Assembly: GCA_018398765.1 (NCBI GenBank)
Contig: JAHBMJ010000009.1
Coordinates: forward strand, 1-59,799
Direction of reading: 5' to 3'
From: Chromera velia
Lineage: Eukaryota
Length of the DNA: 59,799 bases
Both the position numbers and the translations under genes were made by a program. Position 1 is the first letter of the stretch. Every line of letters starts with the position of its first letter. Below the pieces are notes generated by a model. It was not told the origin of the DNA and made no database searches. It saw nothing but the letters and a program-made list of their open reading frames with translations. Shown in pieces: positions 37,563-51,300 of the stretch.

Positions 37563-38077
37563 TCAGACGCTGAATTTGCTTGCCACGCTGGGTGGTGCTG
37601 CGTATTTGAGTGTCTCGATCCTGGGGTCTTTTGTCTTCAGAGTTCCGAAGTCCACTCCCGAGAAGGCCCCCAACCTGCCCCTCATCTCCTTCCAAGACGA
37701 GTCCTCTGACTCCAATAACTGCGGGTAGAACCTCCCGATGCAACGCACGTACTTGGCCTGCATGCCTTCGTAGTCAGCCACAGCGATCTTCTGGGCTGCC
37801 ATCCTGCAGACAGAAAGAAGAATTCATCAAGGGGACAGACATCAGAGGGGGGTGTCCATCCATTCATCATACCTTTAAATGATGTGCAATGAGCAGCGGG
37901 ACCTCCAAGAAAATTTGCGCACACCAAGCGCTTCATGAAGATTTCATCAGCTTGCCATTTTCTGAGGCAACGGAAGGAGGCAGAGAGAAGGCAAGGGGCA
38001 GAGAGAAAGTGAGAGAAAGAAAGAAGGAAAGAAGCAGGGGGAGGGACTGAGCAAGCGAGAGAGAGAGAGAGAGAGAA

Positions 38078-38151
<74 letters not shown>

Positions 38152-39203
38152 AAAAGCCTATTAAACGATCGAACAAAACTAACTTAAGCAAGCAAGCAAA
38201 CTAGGAACAAATATGCATGAAAGAACGGAAGCCTCTCTCTCTCCCACGATGGACATTGTGCAAGAAAGGAAGCAAGCGAAGGAAAAGAATACGGAGGGGG
38301 CAGCCAAGCAGAAAAGACGGACATTGTGCAAGAGGGAAAGGAAGAGAAAAAAAGCGACGCGGGAGGTGCAGCCGCGGGAGTGCACACTTTTTTGTTTTCT
38401 TTTTCTTCTTTCAGAAACAATCAATCACACAGGCGAACAGCGACGACCGGACGAATGTAGGAGTGGACAGGAAATGGAGACGACTTAGAAGAAGGTCCAA
38501 AACATATCTATATAGCAGAATGCGCCTTACACCACTTCTCTTGACATTGGAGTTTCATTTGGATAAAGAAATAATTCGAACACGCTACCTACTTCAGCAA
38601 ACAAAGGAATCCGGAAAGAGAGGGACGGACACTCATGCAAAGAGACAAACCGAACATTAGAGAGTACGGCACTCTGCCTCATATTGCTACCACGATTTGC
38701 ATCTATGAAAAGAGTTCAGCTCGCCAGTGGCATCCAGAAGAAATTAAATAAAGTTCGCACTGGTAATTCAAGACCCGAGACACACCCGCACACAAAGGTA
38801 CAGACAAACTCACAGGCAAACGACACAGCTGGTGAAGCCGTTTCAGTTCATACTTTTGAAGCTTTCTGTTCTTGAGAAGTAGGTTTTTGGCCAAAACACA
38901 CGGCAAGAGATTGACTGAATCCCTCCCTTGATGACTGACTCTCTCCTGGCCGAGTTCACTTGCATCTCCAGGCTCTTGCAGTCAGAGATCTCCGATGGAG
39001 AGGGCAGGGCGGGGGCGGTGGGGGCCTCCTTGGCCTTGTCGTAATTCACAAACGGTGCGGGCTCTGCCAGGAAGATCTCCTGGACAGGAGAAGCTGCAGG
39101 GTGAAAGGAGAGGAAGTTGTGAAAAGGGGAGGAGAGATGGATTTTGTGCGTACATCTGGAACCAAGCCAACCACTCACCTGGATACCGAACATTGCGGGG
39201 CAT
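37563..39203 (-). CDS. Hypothetical 139-aa protein, 3 exons
   Basis: Exons 39203-39179, 39093-38940 and 37803-37563 (420 nt) join in frame through canonical GT-AG sites: MPRNVRYPASPVQEIFLAEPAPFVNYDKAKEAP..SARREMAAQKIAVADYEGMQAKYVRCIGRFYPQLL..SKFSV*. Confidence 0.75.
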
Positions 39204-40514
39204 TCTCTATCCTGGACAGCGGGGAGTTTCTGAAGCTGCCGACAATGGTCCAAAAGGCGCCAGTGGATCGAAGGAAAGCAACACAGGAAATCTCCTTCCG
39301 CGCTGTGTGTATCCGGTCTGTGATGCGCGGAGAAGGGCTCAGCGGCAGCACAGAGACCGATCCAGCTGTGACAGTAAGGCAAAATTGGACTAGGACTGAC
39401 GTAACAATTAATCGTGAAAGTGACGGCAGTTTCTCTGAACTTTCTCAGCAGATCGAAAGCCAGAATTAAGCTTGAAGAAAGTTCGGAGACAGAAAAGGAG
39501 ACTGCATGCATGCAGGCGATGCGGCGACGGGAAAAGTGCGGCGTCGCCATGCACTAGCTGAGTGATCGACGACATGTGATCGACGACCACGGCTTGTGTG
39601 GCGGCGCACATTTTGGCCCGATCGATTATCGGTCGCTCAAAGATCGGCGATGTCAGATTGATTTCGATCGACGGCTTTTCCACTGTCACTGTGTGTCACA
39701 CGATCGACAGGCACAACAGCTCCATCTTACACCTCTGTATAGTCACTGTCAGAAGTCCTGTGGTGACAAGGTCGAGCGGCTGTGATTCCAAGACGTGCTT
39801 TCTGCTTGTATCTCCTTCTGTTGCACTGTCACCTCGAACCGTCTCATCCGCGTCGATACCTCGTTCCTGTACCGCAGTCTGAGCTGGCGTGTACAAAGGC
39901 GTAGTTCGGCGGGGATTCATGGTTACGTCTGGTGTGACAGAGACTATGGGGAGGTCTTGCAAGCTGCTGTTTGGGTGAAATGTTTTCGGTGAGTGATATT
40001 TATGTGTGGGTATCGCAAGTGGCTGCATCACGACGGTAGACGGTCCAAGTGTTCGCACACAGAAATTGGCCAGCCACATGACGGGAAAGCGACGGGCAAT
40101 TTTACATTCACAGACTGCTTTGACATGCTTCCCCTCTTTCCGTCTTTTGCACGTCATTCTTTGTGGGCCCCTCTGCCCCCCCCGTCCCGTTTTCCCGTCT
40201 ACGTACATCAATATTTCCTTTTCGTCTCTGGCTCTGCCTCCCGTCGTCTCCCCATTCGCCTCCGGCTTTCCCCATGGTCCTCTGCTGTTGACCTTTCACG
40301 AACTGCGCCCTTTACTCTATTATGCCGTGCAGTGAGTGTGTGTGTGGAGTTTGAAGTCTGAAGATCCAAGAGCTGAATAATCCGACAGGCTCATTGTCCG
40401 GATTCTCTCCTGGGAAGTTGAGTAATATAATTTTGTCTGTACTGTACAGTCATAAAGAGGGAGACCGAGCTGTAGCGCGAAGAAGGAACAGGGAAGAAAG
40501 ACGGGGAAGGGAGG

Positions 40515-40804
40515 ATGGCGACGGCGGCATCCCGACTGGCTCTCCTGCGGGAGGAGTTGAAGAGTCTAAAGGAGGAAATGAGCGTCCGTGAGAGCAGTCA
40601 GTCAATCAGTCAGGCAGTGAGTCAGTCAGACAGTTCTGTGCTCCCTCGCTGGTCTTGTGAGGGACGGGACGTGTTCCGAATTTTCCTCTCTTCTGCCTGT
40701 CGTTCTTTTGCAAAAGACCCACAAGCGGACGGACAGGAGAACAAGCGAGCAGACAGAGATCCGGACAGAGGGATAAAGAGAGGGATAGGGATAGGCAGAG
40801 AAAG

Positions 40805-40886
<82 letters not shown>

Positions 40887-43800
40887 GGAGAAAGGGAGAA
40901 AGGGAAAAAGGGAAAAAGGGAAAAAGAAAGAAAGAAAGAAAGAAAGAAAGACGACCGACAGACAGACAGACAGACAGGCAGACAGACAGAACGAACAGAC
41001 AGGCAGACAGACAGAACGAACAGAGAGAACGAACAGACAGAACAGACAGACAGACAGAACAGACACACAGTACGACACAGAAACAAGTAAAGACCTCCTG
41101 ATTCAAGGAAGGGAGCGCACTGAATTTCGTTTGTATAGCAGAATTACTGTCTTTTTTATTTTTGAGGTAATTGATCGTACTGGCATTTGCTCGTTTCTTT
41201 TTCATTCTTTGAAAAGTTTCCGCAAGGAATTTTTCAATCTGTCAGCACACTTGTCTGCCTCTCCGTCTATGTATGAAAACATTGCGTCCTGCGTGGTGAT
41301 TATCATTCAGTCATTCCTTCTCAGAAGATGTTGGCTGTGACACCCCCCTCTTTCTGCCTGTACGCGGAGTGCATCGTCTCCGTGCTTCCCCCGATTTTCT
41401 TCTGAGCAGACGCCAGCCTGAGTGGAATCGGTGCTTCCGCCTCCTGTTCTCTGTCGCTGTCTATGTCAAGGGGCCGAATCCCACCCAGCCCGCCCCGTGT
41501 GCGGAAAGGAGGCAAGGGAGGGAATGGGCCTGTGGAAGGGGAGAGTCTCTCTCTACTGTCGACGTCCTTCTTGTCGGACGGTCTGGGCCTGGGTTTAGGC
41601 AGCAGGCATACACAGTCAGGGTCCCGAGAGAGTCGGGGAGGGGGGGCGGGGGCCTCTCCGTCCAGACCCTCATGGAAGGGTAAGTGAGGGGGGGTGCAGT
41701 TGTCATTGTATGTGCATGGATGGAAAGCATGCAACATCAGCCATGAGAGCCTGATTGGTGCTCGGCTTTGGAGGTGTTTGGAAAGATTGCGTGCGTCTTT
41801 CTTTTGTTCGTGCACGTTCTGCATTCTAGGTTTGTATGGCCTGAAGGGTCCTCGACTTGAAGTTTTTTTCTCTTTTGCGGGTCATCCGCGGATGAATGTT
41901 TTTTCTCCTCGTTGCCATCACCTCCGAAGTACTGTCCATTTGTCTGCTTTTCTCCTTTTCTCCTTACACCATTTTTCTTTGCTGCAATGCACCTCTTTTT
42001 CCTTAGCTACATCGTCGCACTATGGTCCGTCTTTGCAGGTGTGACCAATGCGCTGCGTGCGACCTCCTCCCCGGAGCGGGGGGGTGTTGGGGTCGGTCGA
42101 AGTGTATGTGTGTGTTCATTGACAGCACCGATGGGGTCGGGGTGTCCTGAAGGGAAAGCTCTACAAAAATGGAACCCGCAAGACACCGCAAATGCAAAAT
42201 ATGATCGTCTGCCCTGCCCTGACAGACAGTTGGGGCTCCAGGCAAGCATTTGGCGTTCTCGGTTTGCCTTTTGTCTTTTGTTTCTCAGCTCTGTACATAC
42301 ATGGTCTCTCTCTGTCTGCCTCTCCTGTTGGCTGTGTGCGAAGAGAAAAGGAGAGGAGAACAAAGCAAAAACAAGTGACGCCGACCCTCTGATGAGAAGA
42401 AAATGCCGTCTGTCCGACTCTCCGTCTATCTCTCTGTCGTTTTGATGAATTGCTAATCAAAAGAAGAAAACAAGAAGAAAGGATCCCATGTATCCTCTCG
42501 GTCTGAGGGTTTGTCTGTCTGAGAGTATCCGTCTCTCTGCCTGTACGTCCGCCTGTCTGTTTGTCCTCCTCTCTCGCTGCAGAGGTCCCAGAGGTTGTCG
42601 AGTGCTTTCATACATTTATTATTTTTTTTTTTTGTATGAAAGTAAACGCATTGTCCTCCTCTGTCGCTGCAGAGGTCTCAGAGATCGTTGAGAGGTCAGC
42701 AGCCGCGCGTCGTCTTCTCTCCCCCCCGGAGGTCTCAGGGGAGACGGAGCCAGGAGGGAGAGGGAGAAGGAGGACTGCCGCCCCCCTTACCCCCTCCCTT
42801 CGTGGCAGCTCTGTCAGGCCACACACGCTTACTCACAGACCCTTCCATGCTACAGGCACCTGAAAGATGGAAGGGGAGAGCAGAAAGAGAGGCTTTCCAT
42901 TCTTCTTCTCTGACTTCAGTCTTTTCAGCCTACCGGTCTCATCCCGATCCTTTCTCTGCTGTGCACCAACACCAACACCAGCAGCAACACCAGGAGGGCC
43001 CCTTCCCCCCTCGTTCTTCCAATGAAGTGTCTAGAGGTGGATCTCTCGAGAAGAAGACCCACACCCGCTCTCCTTCCCCCTCTTTCCCTCACACCCGAAA
43101 CGCCCTGGAGGCATCCACAGAAGCTCTGAATGCAGACAACGGTCCTATGCCGAGTCTCCATCTAGACTTTCAACGTCTCTCAATTCAGTCAGTGAAGAGG
43201 GAGAAGGGAGAAGGGGGAAGGCACCAGATGCGCACGTGGCTTGGCAAGAGCAGAGAAGGGAAACAGGACGCTGGAGCAAGCGTTTATTCTCATTCCTCTC
43301 TTCGCTTTTCCGGGCCCCAATCCGGAGAGGTGCCAAACAAGGGGCAAGAGACCCAATGGAGGATGGAAAGGGAAAGGGAAAGAGCGGGGCATCTCACGGT
43401 GCCTCCACCGTGTCAGCCAATCGGGGGGGTTCTTGCAGGATCCACACCCTCCTTGGTTGAGGACAGACAGACAGGCTTCCATGTCTCTCCTCAAGACAGT
43501 GGAAGGACGCAGGGTGGAGAGGAAAGATTTGATGTTCCTGCCTCTTCTTCTCAGTCTGCTACACACAGTGCACAACAACCTCTCCCCCTCTCTGTACAGA
43601 AATCTTCCGAGAGTCAGCTAGGGGCAGCAGGAGCAGGCCCCCCGGAGTCCTCTCCTGTCTCCCGACTCCGGTCAGCAGCCAGTCGCCCCCACGCTGGGTT
43701 GTCGTCTTCCTCTCATTTGAGCACCCAGCCCCACGCCCCACACCCCAAACAACTCCCACACAAACCCGCATCTTCCCCTTCCTCTGGGCCTCTGGAGCAT

Positions 43801-45702
43801 TCAAGGGACGTGGCAAGCGGGGTTGCGTCAAAGCACACGAACACACATAGTCCGACTTCAGGAAAGATAGAGAAGAGCCGAGCCGACGCTAGGCGTACTA
43901 GCATCGTGATAGGACCCCACACACGCCACCCCGTCCCCCTCCCATCCCACCCAACGGGACCCCGCCTCCCCTCAGGGCCCGCCTCCCCCCCGAGACTCGC
44001 AGGCCCGTCGGCTGTCCCCCCTGCCCCCACACTCAACGCATCGATGCCTGAGGGAGAAAGAGACACGCATCCTTCGATCAGTGCCTCAGAACAGGGACAT
44101 GCCCAGAGAGACGGAGAAAGAAAGGCACTCACCTCTTCCCATCTGCACAGAAGCACTGTCCCTCTTCCACCACACCCTCACACAGTTTCGCATCAGAGCT
44201 CTGTCGTAGGGTCCCAGAAGTCTCCGACAAAGGCCGTGGAGGCTTCTGTCGTTGCCTCCTCTTCTGCCCTCCCGTCTCGACAAAAGGGGCCTGTCAGTGA
44301 GTCAGGCAATCCCCCTCCACAAAAGAGCCGGCCAGGCTCTAGAGAGAGAACCCAATCTGTCAGGGGAGGGGGAAGAAAGGCCCCCCTGACGGTCACGCAG
44401 CCTCGACCCTCTGTGACTCAGCAGAGACTAGGTCGGGGAGCGCGTGCTCCTCTGTCAGGGAAAGCAGAGAGACCCCCTGCGGCCTCTACCATACAGGCAG
44501 GCCGGAGGACGGACACACGTGCACCAACAGCAGAGCCGTCTAGAGTGCACGGGCAAGGGGGACAGAGTCAGTCGGTCCGAGAGACGGCGTCTCACCAGAA
44601 GGGGGAGGGAGGCAGCACTGCTTCTCAAAAGTTGGAGGGCTCTCAGACAGGGCGGAGGGGGGACCCTGCACACGTCGTCCTGAGCAGGCAGCAAGCGGGG
44701 GCCTCCCACGGTCCCTCCACACGCCCTGCTGAGAGGGCAGCAGAAGTTATTAATCGCCGTGTCGTGCATGGGAGCCTTGAAGGGGCCGAGGGGAGTCCAG
44801 CCAATGCGCACGCGCCTGCAGAGACCGTGGATGAGCTTGAACGGCTGCGCGAGAGGAATCGGGTGCTGTTTGAAATTCTCCAAGGCCTTCTGGGTGAGGG
44901 AAACCTGCCCAACAGATGGATGAGTGCCTTGAAAGGCCGCCGGTGTGTCGCCTGCACCAAACGAGACGGAAATCGTAGCCGAACAGACTGTTCTACCAGA
45001 CGTTCAAGATCAATGGCCCCGGAAAGAAACGCAGTAAGCCGAACGTCCGACTGCGAAGAATCACAGACAAAAGGGGACCCTAGAAGGGTCATGGCCCACA
45101 GTAGTCAAGAAGTGAGTGTCCAGGCAGCAGATCAGAGCCTGACCGAGCCAAACTCTCGTGGTCCTGCTGGAGTAGCACGAAACGCCTCTCGTCGATCGAC
45201 CTCCATGCCGTCACTTCGTAACCAAAGAGCACCCAGGCTCTCGTCTCGTCTCCTTCCCTCAAGTTCCACCCCCCGCACGGAAATCGCGAAAGACACAAGC
45301 GCGGTTGACAGCGCGACTAGACCCTCAAAGTCGGGTCTCCACTCCGGTCTACAGAGGGGGGGCAACGGTCAGGGGGGGGCTCCACAGCAGCAGGGGACCT
45401 TGCAGCGGGGACCCACTCCCGTGCCGTCACGAAGGTGTGACCCTCCGGCACAGTCCCACCCACTGGTCCCACGTCGCCTTCCGAGATCACCCGTCAGGTG
45501 GGAAGCCAGAAAAGCCCAACGGCAGATGCGTATGCAAGAGCCAAATACAACGAGAACCATTGCAGCAGCAGACGCTAGAGCAGACGTGAAACAGAGCGGG
45601 ATAACGCTATCGCGTTCCCGTCCTGTGCCGTTTTCCTTGCAGGAAGGAAGTTTATTTCGATGCCCCGTTTGTGACCGTGCAGACAATTTAGAATTAGTGT
45701 AA
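40515..45702 (+). CDS. Hypothetical Ser/Pro/Arg-rich low-complexity protein with short coiled coils
   Basis: Exon 1 MATAASRLALLREELKSLKEEM; probable exons about 41325-41680 and 42039-42241; terminal exon 42673-45702 containing the 1004-aa ORF, ending CPVCDRADNLELV. Confidence 0.7.
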
Positions 45703-47583
45703 ATGACTTAGAAGCATGATCTAGGCGTCGAAAAAAAAAAATTCAACGATCGGAGGAGATTTTTTTTTTTTGCTTTCTAAACCGAGTTCCAAGGTAAACC
45801 AAAAGTAACACTTAATAATAGTTGTTGAACTGTACAATATATAGGATAAGATAGGATAGGATAATAAGTATTAAGCAAAGATATATACGTCTAGGCCTCG
45901 GGAGCTTCAAGTTAGCGCTCCAACTAAGGTGATACATACTCTAAGTAACGTAGCTAGTAACTAATTAACTAACTAACATGCATAAACCCTATACTTATGC
46001 ATCCCTGATATGAGGTGCAACACTAGGTGCAACAGTCTAGCAATATGACATATTGAACATGCAGTTCTTCAAGTTTTTTATAGTTATTTCATTGTTGAAA
46101 CAGCCTTCTAGTCACCAGCCTCCTAGGTTACTTTAATTAGGAGTTAATTGTAGAATAATTCTACATTAGTAATTTATGTATCATGATGATCCAATCATTA
46201 TTGATAATAATCTTCTAATATTAATTCTTTTAGACATCATTAGATGATAACTTAACTTGAATTTTTTGATAACTAATTAAGACTAAAACTATAAGACAGG
46301 AGATATATATAAGCATCATAAAAACTTTTAATCGAATAAAACTCAGATTACTCTACATGCATAAATTAGAATAAACTTCCAAAAGTTGAAGCAATCAGTC
46401 TTTAAACGCCTAATTCAAAGAAAAAAAAATGGGTCTGAGTCACTTACGTAAACTAGAATCAAGGATACCAGATTTCTATTTCTATAAACTTTTTGAAGTA
46501 AGTGGTACTCTTGAAACAGTAAGTACGCACTCACAGGTTCAAACAGATTGACACATATTGGCACACGCATTTGCGTAGAGACCTCAGACTGATAGGCATG
46601 TATAGCCACATCTTGTGTGACTGTATTGAGTTGTCAGAGGGATGGCAGGCAGCAGTCTTCTGGGTGGTACATTGCTTTGTCGCTTGATCGATCCTCGCTT
46701 CTTCCATCTCTTTGCCGACTGGTCCCGTCGTCCCCTCTTCCGCCTCTTCGACGCGTCTCCGGCCAGGCTTGGTTTATGGGTCTCATACAGGAATGAATGC
46801 CGATGTAGTTCAACAAGGAGAGGACGGAACCGAGGAGATGCAGCCAGACACACACAGAGGGGCGGGGGGGCGGAAATGTGTCATTCAACGTTTGGAATGT
46901 GTCATTCAACGTTTTCTAAAAAAGAGACGTTCATTTGCATGCAGAATACCACCTGCATTCATGCAGTGTCCTCCCATTCATCCTCTCTGGCTGTCGTCCT
47001 TTGGCGTGCAGATACGGAGAGGGACCAATTCAAATCAGTGTTTTTAAGGCTGAGACCTGTCCTGTCAGTGACACTCAAAAATGAAATGATATTGGCCCNN
47101 NNNNNNNNNNNNNNNNNNGTTGGATTCTCAGTTTTAGCCGTGAAAATCTCTTAGCATCCAAGGCGTTAAACCAGCCAGAGAAGAGCTCCCCCCCCCCTTC
47201 ATCCTTGCTTATCCGTGCTTACCATTTGAGAGAGCAAGTACGCAGTTCCTTCGCGTAGAGCACATTGTCGGCCGGCTTGCGATCTCCCCTGCGGCTCCAG
47301 TTCGCTGTTCCCACCCTTCATTCTCAATCTCTCTCTGCATCAACAATTCTTTGTGCTGCCTGCCACCCATGACTTTTGTCATCATCGGTCTCTGTCTTTG
47401 CGTTTGTGCCAGCTAGCTGCCATCTAGCTGCTTGAATGAAGTGTACACACAACCTTGAGCCAGAACCTTGTCTTCTGCCTGCCCCCTCTCTCCTCGGAAG
47501 CGGCCGCGGCCACCGCATCTTCTGGGGTCTCGCAGAGTTGTGGTGGCTCGATGCCAGTGAGGAAGTTCCGTACATGCAATCAG

Positions 47584-47614
<31 letters not shown>

Positions 47615-48178
47615 GGGGGGGAGGGAAATGCGTCAATCAACATATTCCAAAAAATCGAGCCATCGCCCACTGATGCATGACACTACAGTCACGTTAATTT
47701 TCGTCTCATGCCCTCTGTGGCTGTCGTCCTTCGTTGCTTGCAGGGGCTCTTGGCAGTAATCGAATGGGGAGCGAGGAGGGCGCAGCCATGATTTGCTACC
47801 GTCATACTGAGCCAGCCGTAAAGGGACATTCTAGGGGACATTTCGATTTGTGCAACCTCCATGACCCTAATCCATGACCAATACGGCTTTTCCTTCTGTC
47901 GCAGTCAGACGTCATTAACATGTGCACTTGCATGCTTTTCGAACAGAGAGCAACAGACAAAAGAGAAACTTTGGCCTCGAGCAACGGAGTCCGACACTGT
48001 AGGGCAACATTCTCTCTCAATCATGCACATTTCGTTCCTCCCCCCCATTCATTCTTCCTCTCTCTCGTTAAGTTACTAATTTTGCACATTTCGGTCCGGC
48101 TCTCACTGGAGTTTCAAGCTAGAAAAAGAGAAATCAAAGCACCAGAACAATTGTCGATCGTTGGAAGGGCAGCAACAA

Positions 48179-48213
<35 letters not shown>

Positions 48214-49318
48214 TCGACTGTCATTCATGGAGAGAAACGAGATGGGACAGAAGATGGAAAGAAGCGTTGACTCGTCATGCCATGCACAGCAACCTCGTGT
48301 TTGTTAGGCCGACAGGTGCATGGGTAGTCTGATTAAGTACAAAGACCCCAACAATAGCGACATGAAAAACAGATGAACGAAAGCCGGGTCGGCAGGTTGG
48401 TTGAGAGACATCCTGGGACCTTGCCTGTATTTTTGTTGGCGTTCTTTCTTCATTCCTCCATTTCTTCATTCGTTCACCGTTTGCTTCTCACTCCCCCCCT
48501 CTGACGTACTCTCTTTCATAGGCTGCTCGAGCAAAAACTCAACTTCATCCGGTGAGAAAGATGAAAAAGAAGATGGCCAACAAAGATAGATCGAGAGTTT
48601 GACCCTCACATGCATGCAGAATTAGCGAAGTAGTGAGTCGCGTCACTGAACCGCAAGACTTTGACTGTGAGACAACGAAATGAACCCACTGTATACAAAC
48701 GAATCCATGTCCTCTGCCTATATCTCTTTCGCCGATAGTCTCTTGAAATGAACGCTTTTTACAGCTATATATAAGTAGTATCTAGCTGACGTCTTGACCT
48801 GCGTGCAAATCACGCAAAGGCTCCAAACCAGCCACAGCTTTTCAGGCATGAGAGGAAAACACCAGACCTGCCCTCCCCTGCTTACCATTGAGTTGAGGTT
48901 GACGTTCTTGACATTTGGAGTCAAAGCATGCCAGGGGCGTCAGGGAGTGGGAGCTGGAGTGGTAGGGGTGGTTGAGGTCAACTTGAAAGCGGGGGCGACG
49001 TGGGAAGGTGGTGTGGGCAATGCAGTCGAAGCCGTTGAGGGACTTTGGCGCACTGTGCATGTCGAAGTCGTAATCGACGGCGTGTGAGCGACGTGTGTCA
49101 TCAGTGACTGTCTGCACTCCTGAAGATGGGAGAGGGAGAAGAAGAACGTTTGAAGGACGCAGTACGAGACCATGCATAAGTTTCATCCTTGTAGTGAGTC
49201 GGCATACATGAAGGACACGCGACCCAGACCTTCAAGACGATGAAGAAAAAGCAACTCGGAGAAACAAAGAAAGGATATTGGTAGAGTGAAGGCCTTCAGA
49301 GCTTCACACAGACACACA

Positions 49319-49358
<40 letters not shown>

Positions 49359-49407
49359 GTCATATATACGTGCGTTTCTCTTCCTTCCATTTGAGTCTCT
49401 TCACACA

Positions 49408-49456
<49 letters not shown>

Positions 49457-50854
49457 CATTGACAACCGACGCTTGCACCCATTTATTCAAAATTGAAGAC
49501 AGCCAGGCAGTCATGGCGACAGGCAGACAGACAGGCATCCAGACAGCCGGAAAGGCAGAAAGAGAAACGGAGAAACAGAGAGACAGCAAGTCACTCGTGA
49601 CATTCTCATGCTCATGCGCGCACCTGTACGGGGGAGTGACGATGACCTTTCGTGGAATTCCAGGAAGGTCAGCATATCTTCCTTTTCTTGCCTCTGCAGA
49701 CGACAGAAGGAAGCGGTAGAGACTCGATCGATCAGTGGACATGCATGTATGTCTATGTAGAAGCTAAGTCAAGGAGAACAGAGGAATTAAGGGGTGGTTC
49801 ATGAAACTCTACCGGAAGAATGATCGATATCATGGGCTTTTCGTTTTCCCTGCTTATTCACTTTACTCACGCTCGACAGACAATGAGAAAAGAAGAGAAC
49901 TAAAGGCAATGGGTCGAAGGTCTGGAAGACAGCCAATGACTGCGGACACCAGGCCGTGTAATTCAGGACCCATGCAGGCACACACAAAAGTAAGTTGGTG
50001 CGTGCAGAGAAGAGCAAGCCAGCCAAACGTCGTGATTGCGGAGGGATCACGGTGAGATGCAATGAATGCTCAATCTCCCCTCCCTCAGCCGCCTCTCATG
50101 GGAAAGAATCCTCATCTTCTCTCTTCTGCTCGTGTTCCTTCCATTCTATCCATATTCCATGCTTACTTTCTTCGTCTTTTCCCTCCATTCTGTCTTCCAT
50201 GATTCTATGCTTCTGCATGGCGACCACTGCTTCTTTGCGACCTCCCTAGATTTTTTTATCCACAGTTCCTTGTCTTTTTGTTTTTCTTTCATTTTCCTCT
50301 TCTCCGTCACAAAATGAATAATCCTTCTCTGTCTAATCACTTGCCGATGCATTCATTTCTTCGATTTTTTCCCCCTCCCATCCTTTCTGCTTCATGCACT
50401 GTTCGCAGGCTTCCTCTCTTTCCGTTTTCATTTTAAATTGACCCTTGTGTTTCTCTTCACATATGCTCTTCCATTCGGATCACGCCATTTCCAAGGCGTA
50501 CTTCATTTTCAGTGAAAGGAAAAAGCATGCGAAGAATGGAAATCGTTCTCTCCTCTACCCGGCCCATCCTTCTCAACAACGCGGAAACGGTCGGTGGAAC
50601 CGCAATCAGCAGTCAAACTCAAAAGACAGGCGTTGCAGTCCTCTCAAAAGACAAAAGCAAACGGGAAAGAATGCGAGAAGCGAATCAACAATCAGCTGGG
50701 CAGAACGAACCTCCGAGGAGGAAGGATGAGCACCTTCGAGAACACGTTGTCAGATATCAAGGAAGATGCAGGGAGAAGTTCTTGATTCTTGCACCGAGAC
50801 GATGCCGAGGCCGGTAGCGGTGGTGGTGGTGGCTGTATGGAATGGCCAGGTCAC

Positions 50855-51300
50855 GTTTGAGAGGGCACGCGGACTCGGAGAAGGCGGGGTTGCAGTTTGA
50901 GAGCGCGGGCGGACTTGGGGAAGGCGGGGTTGCAGTTTGACAGGGCGGGCGGACTCGGGGAAGGCGTGGTTGCAGTTTGACAGCGCGGGCGGACTCGGGG
51001 AAGGCGGGGTTGCAGTTTGAGAGCGCGGGCGGACTCGGCGAAGGCTGGGTTGCAGTTTGACAGCGCGGGCGGACTCGGGGAAGGCGTGGTTGCAGTTTGA
51101 GGGGGGCTGGCGGACTTGGGGAAGGCGTGATTGTAGTCTGAGAGGGCTGGCGGACTCGGGGAAGGCGTGGTTGCAGTTTGAGGGGGGTGGTGGACTTGGG
51201 GAAGGTGTGGTTGTAGTCTTAGAGGGCTGGCGGACTCGGGGAAGGCGTGGTTGCAGTTTGAGGGGGGCTGGCGGACTCGGAGAAGGCGTGGTTTCAGTAA
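50855..51300. repeat. 40-41 bp GC-rich minisatellite, about 11 copies
   Basis: Unit TTGCAGTTTGACAGCGCGGGCGGACTCGGGGAAGGCGTGG, period 40 from 50890, drifting to a 41-bp variant. Confidence 0.92.

Noticed and set aside
40606..41205. Long ORFs rich in FFLS/KKER/VCLS
   Set aside because: Translations of intronic (GAAA)n and (GACA)n microsatellites
46550..49260. Minus-strand multi-exon gene
   Set aside because: Splice-like sites exist, but candidate exons contain stops and an N gap intervenes; at best a pseudogene with a short internal duplication (about 46850-47010 versus 47600-47745)
50855..51300. CRISPR-like array (also 630-850 and 21355-21590)
   Set aside because: Head-to-tail repeats without unique spacers, no cas genes, eukaryotic context
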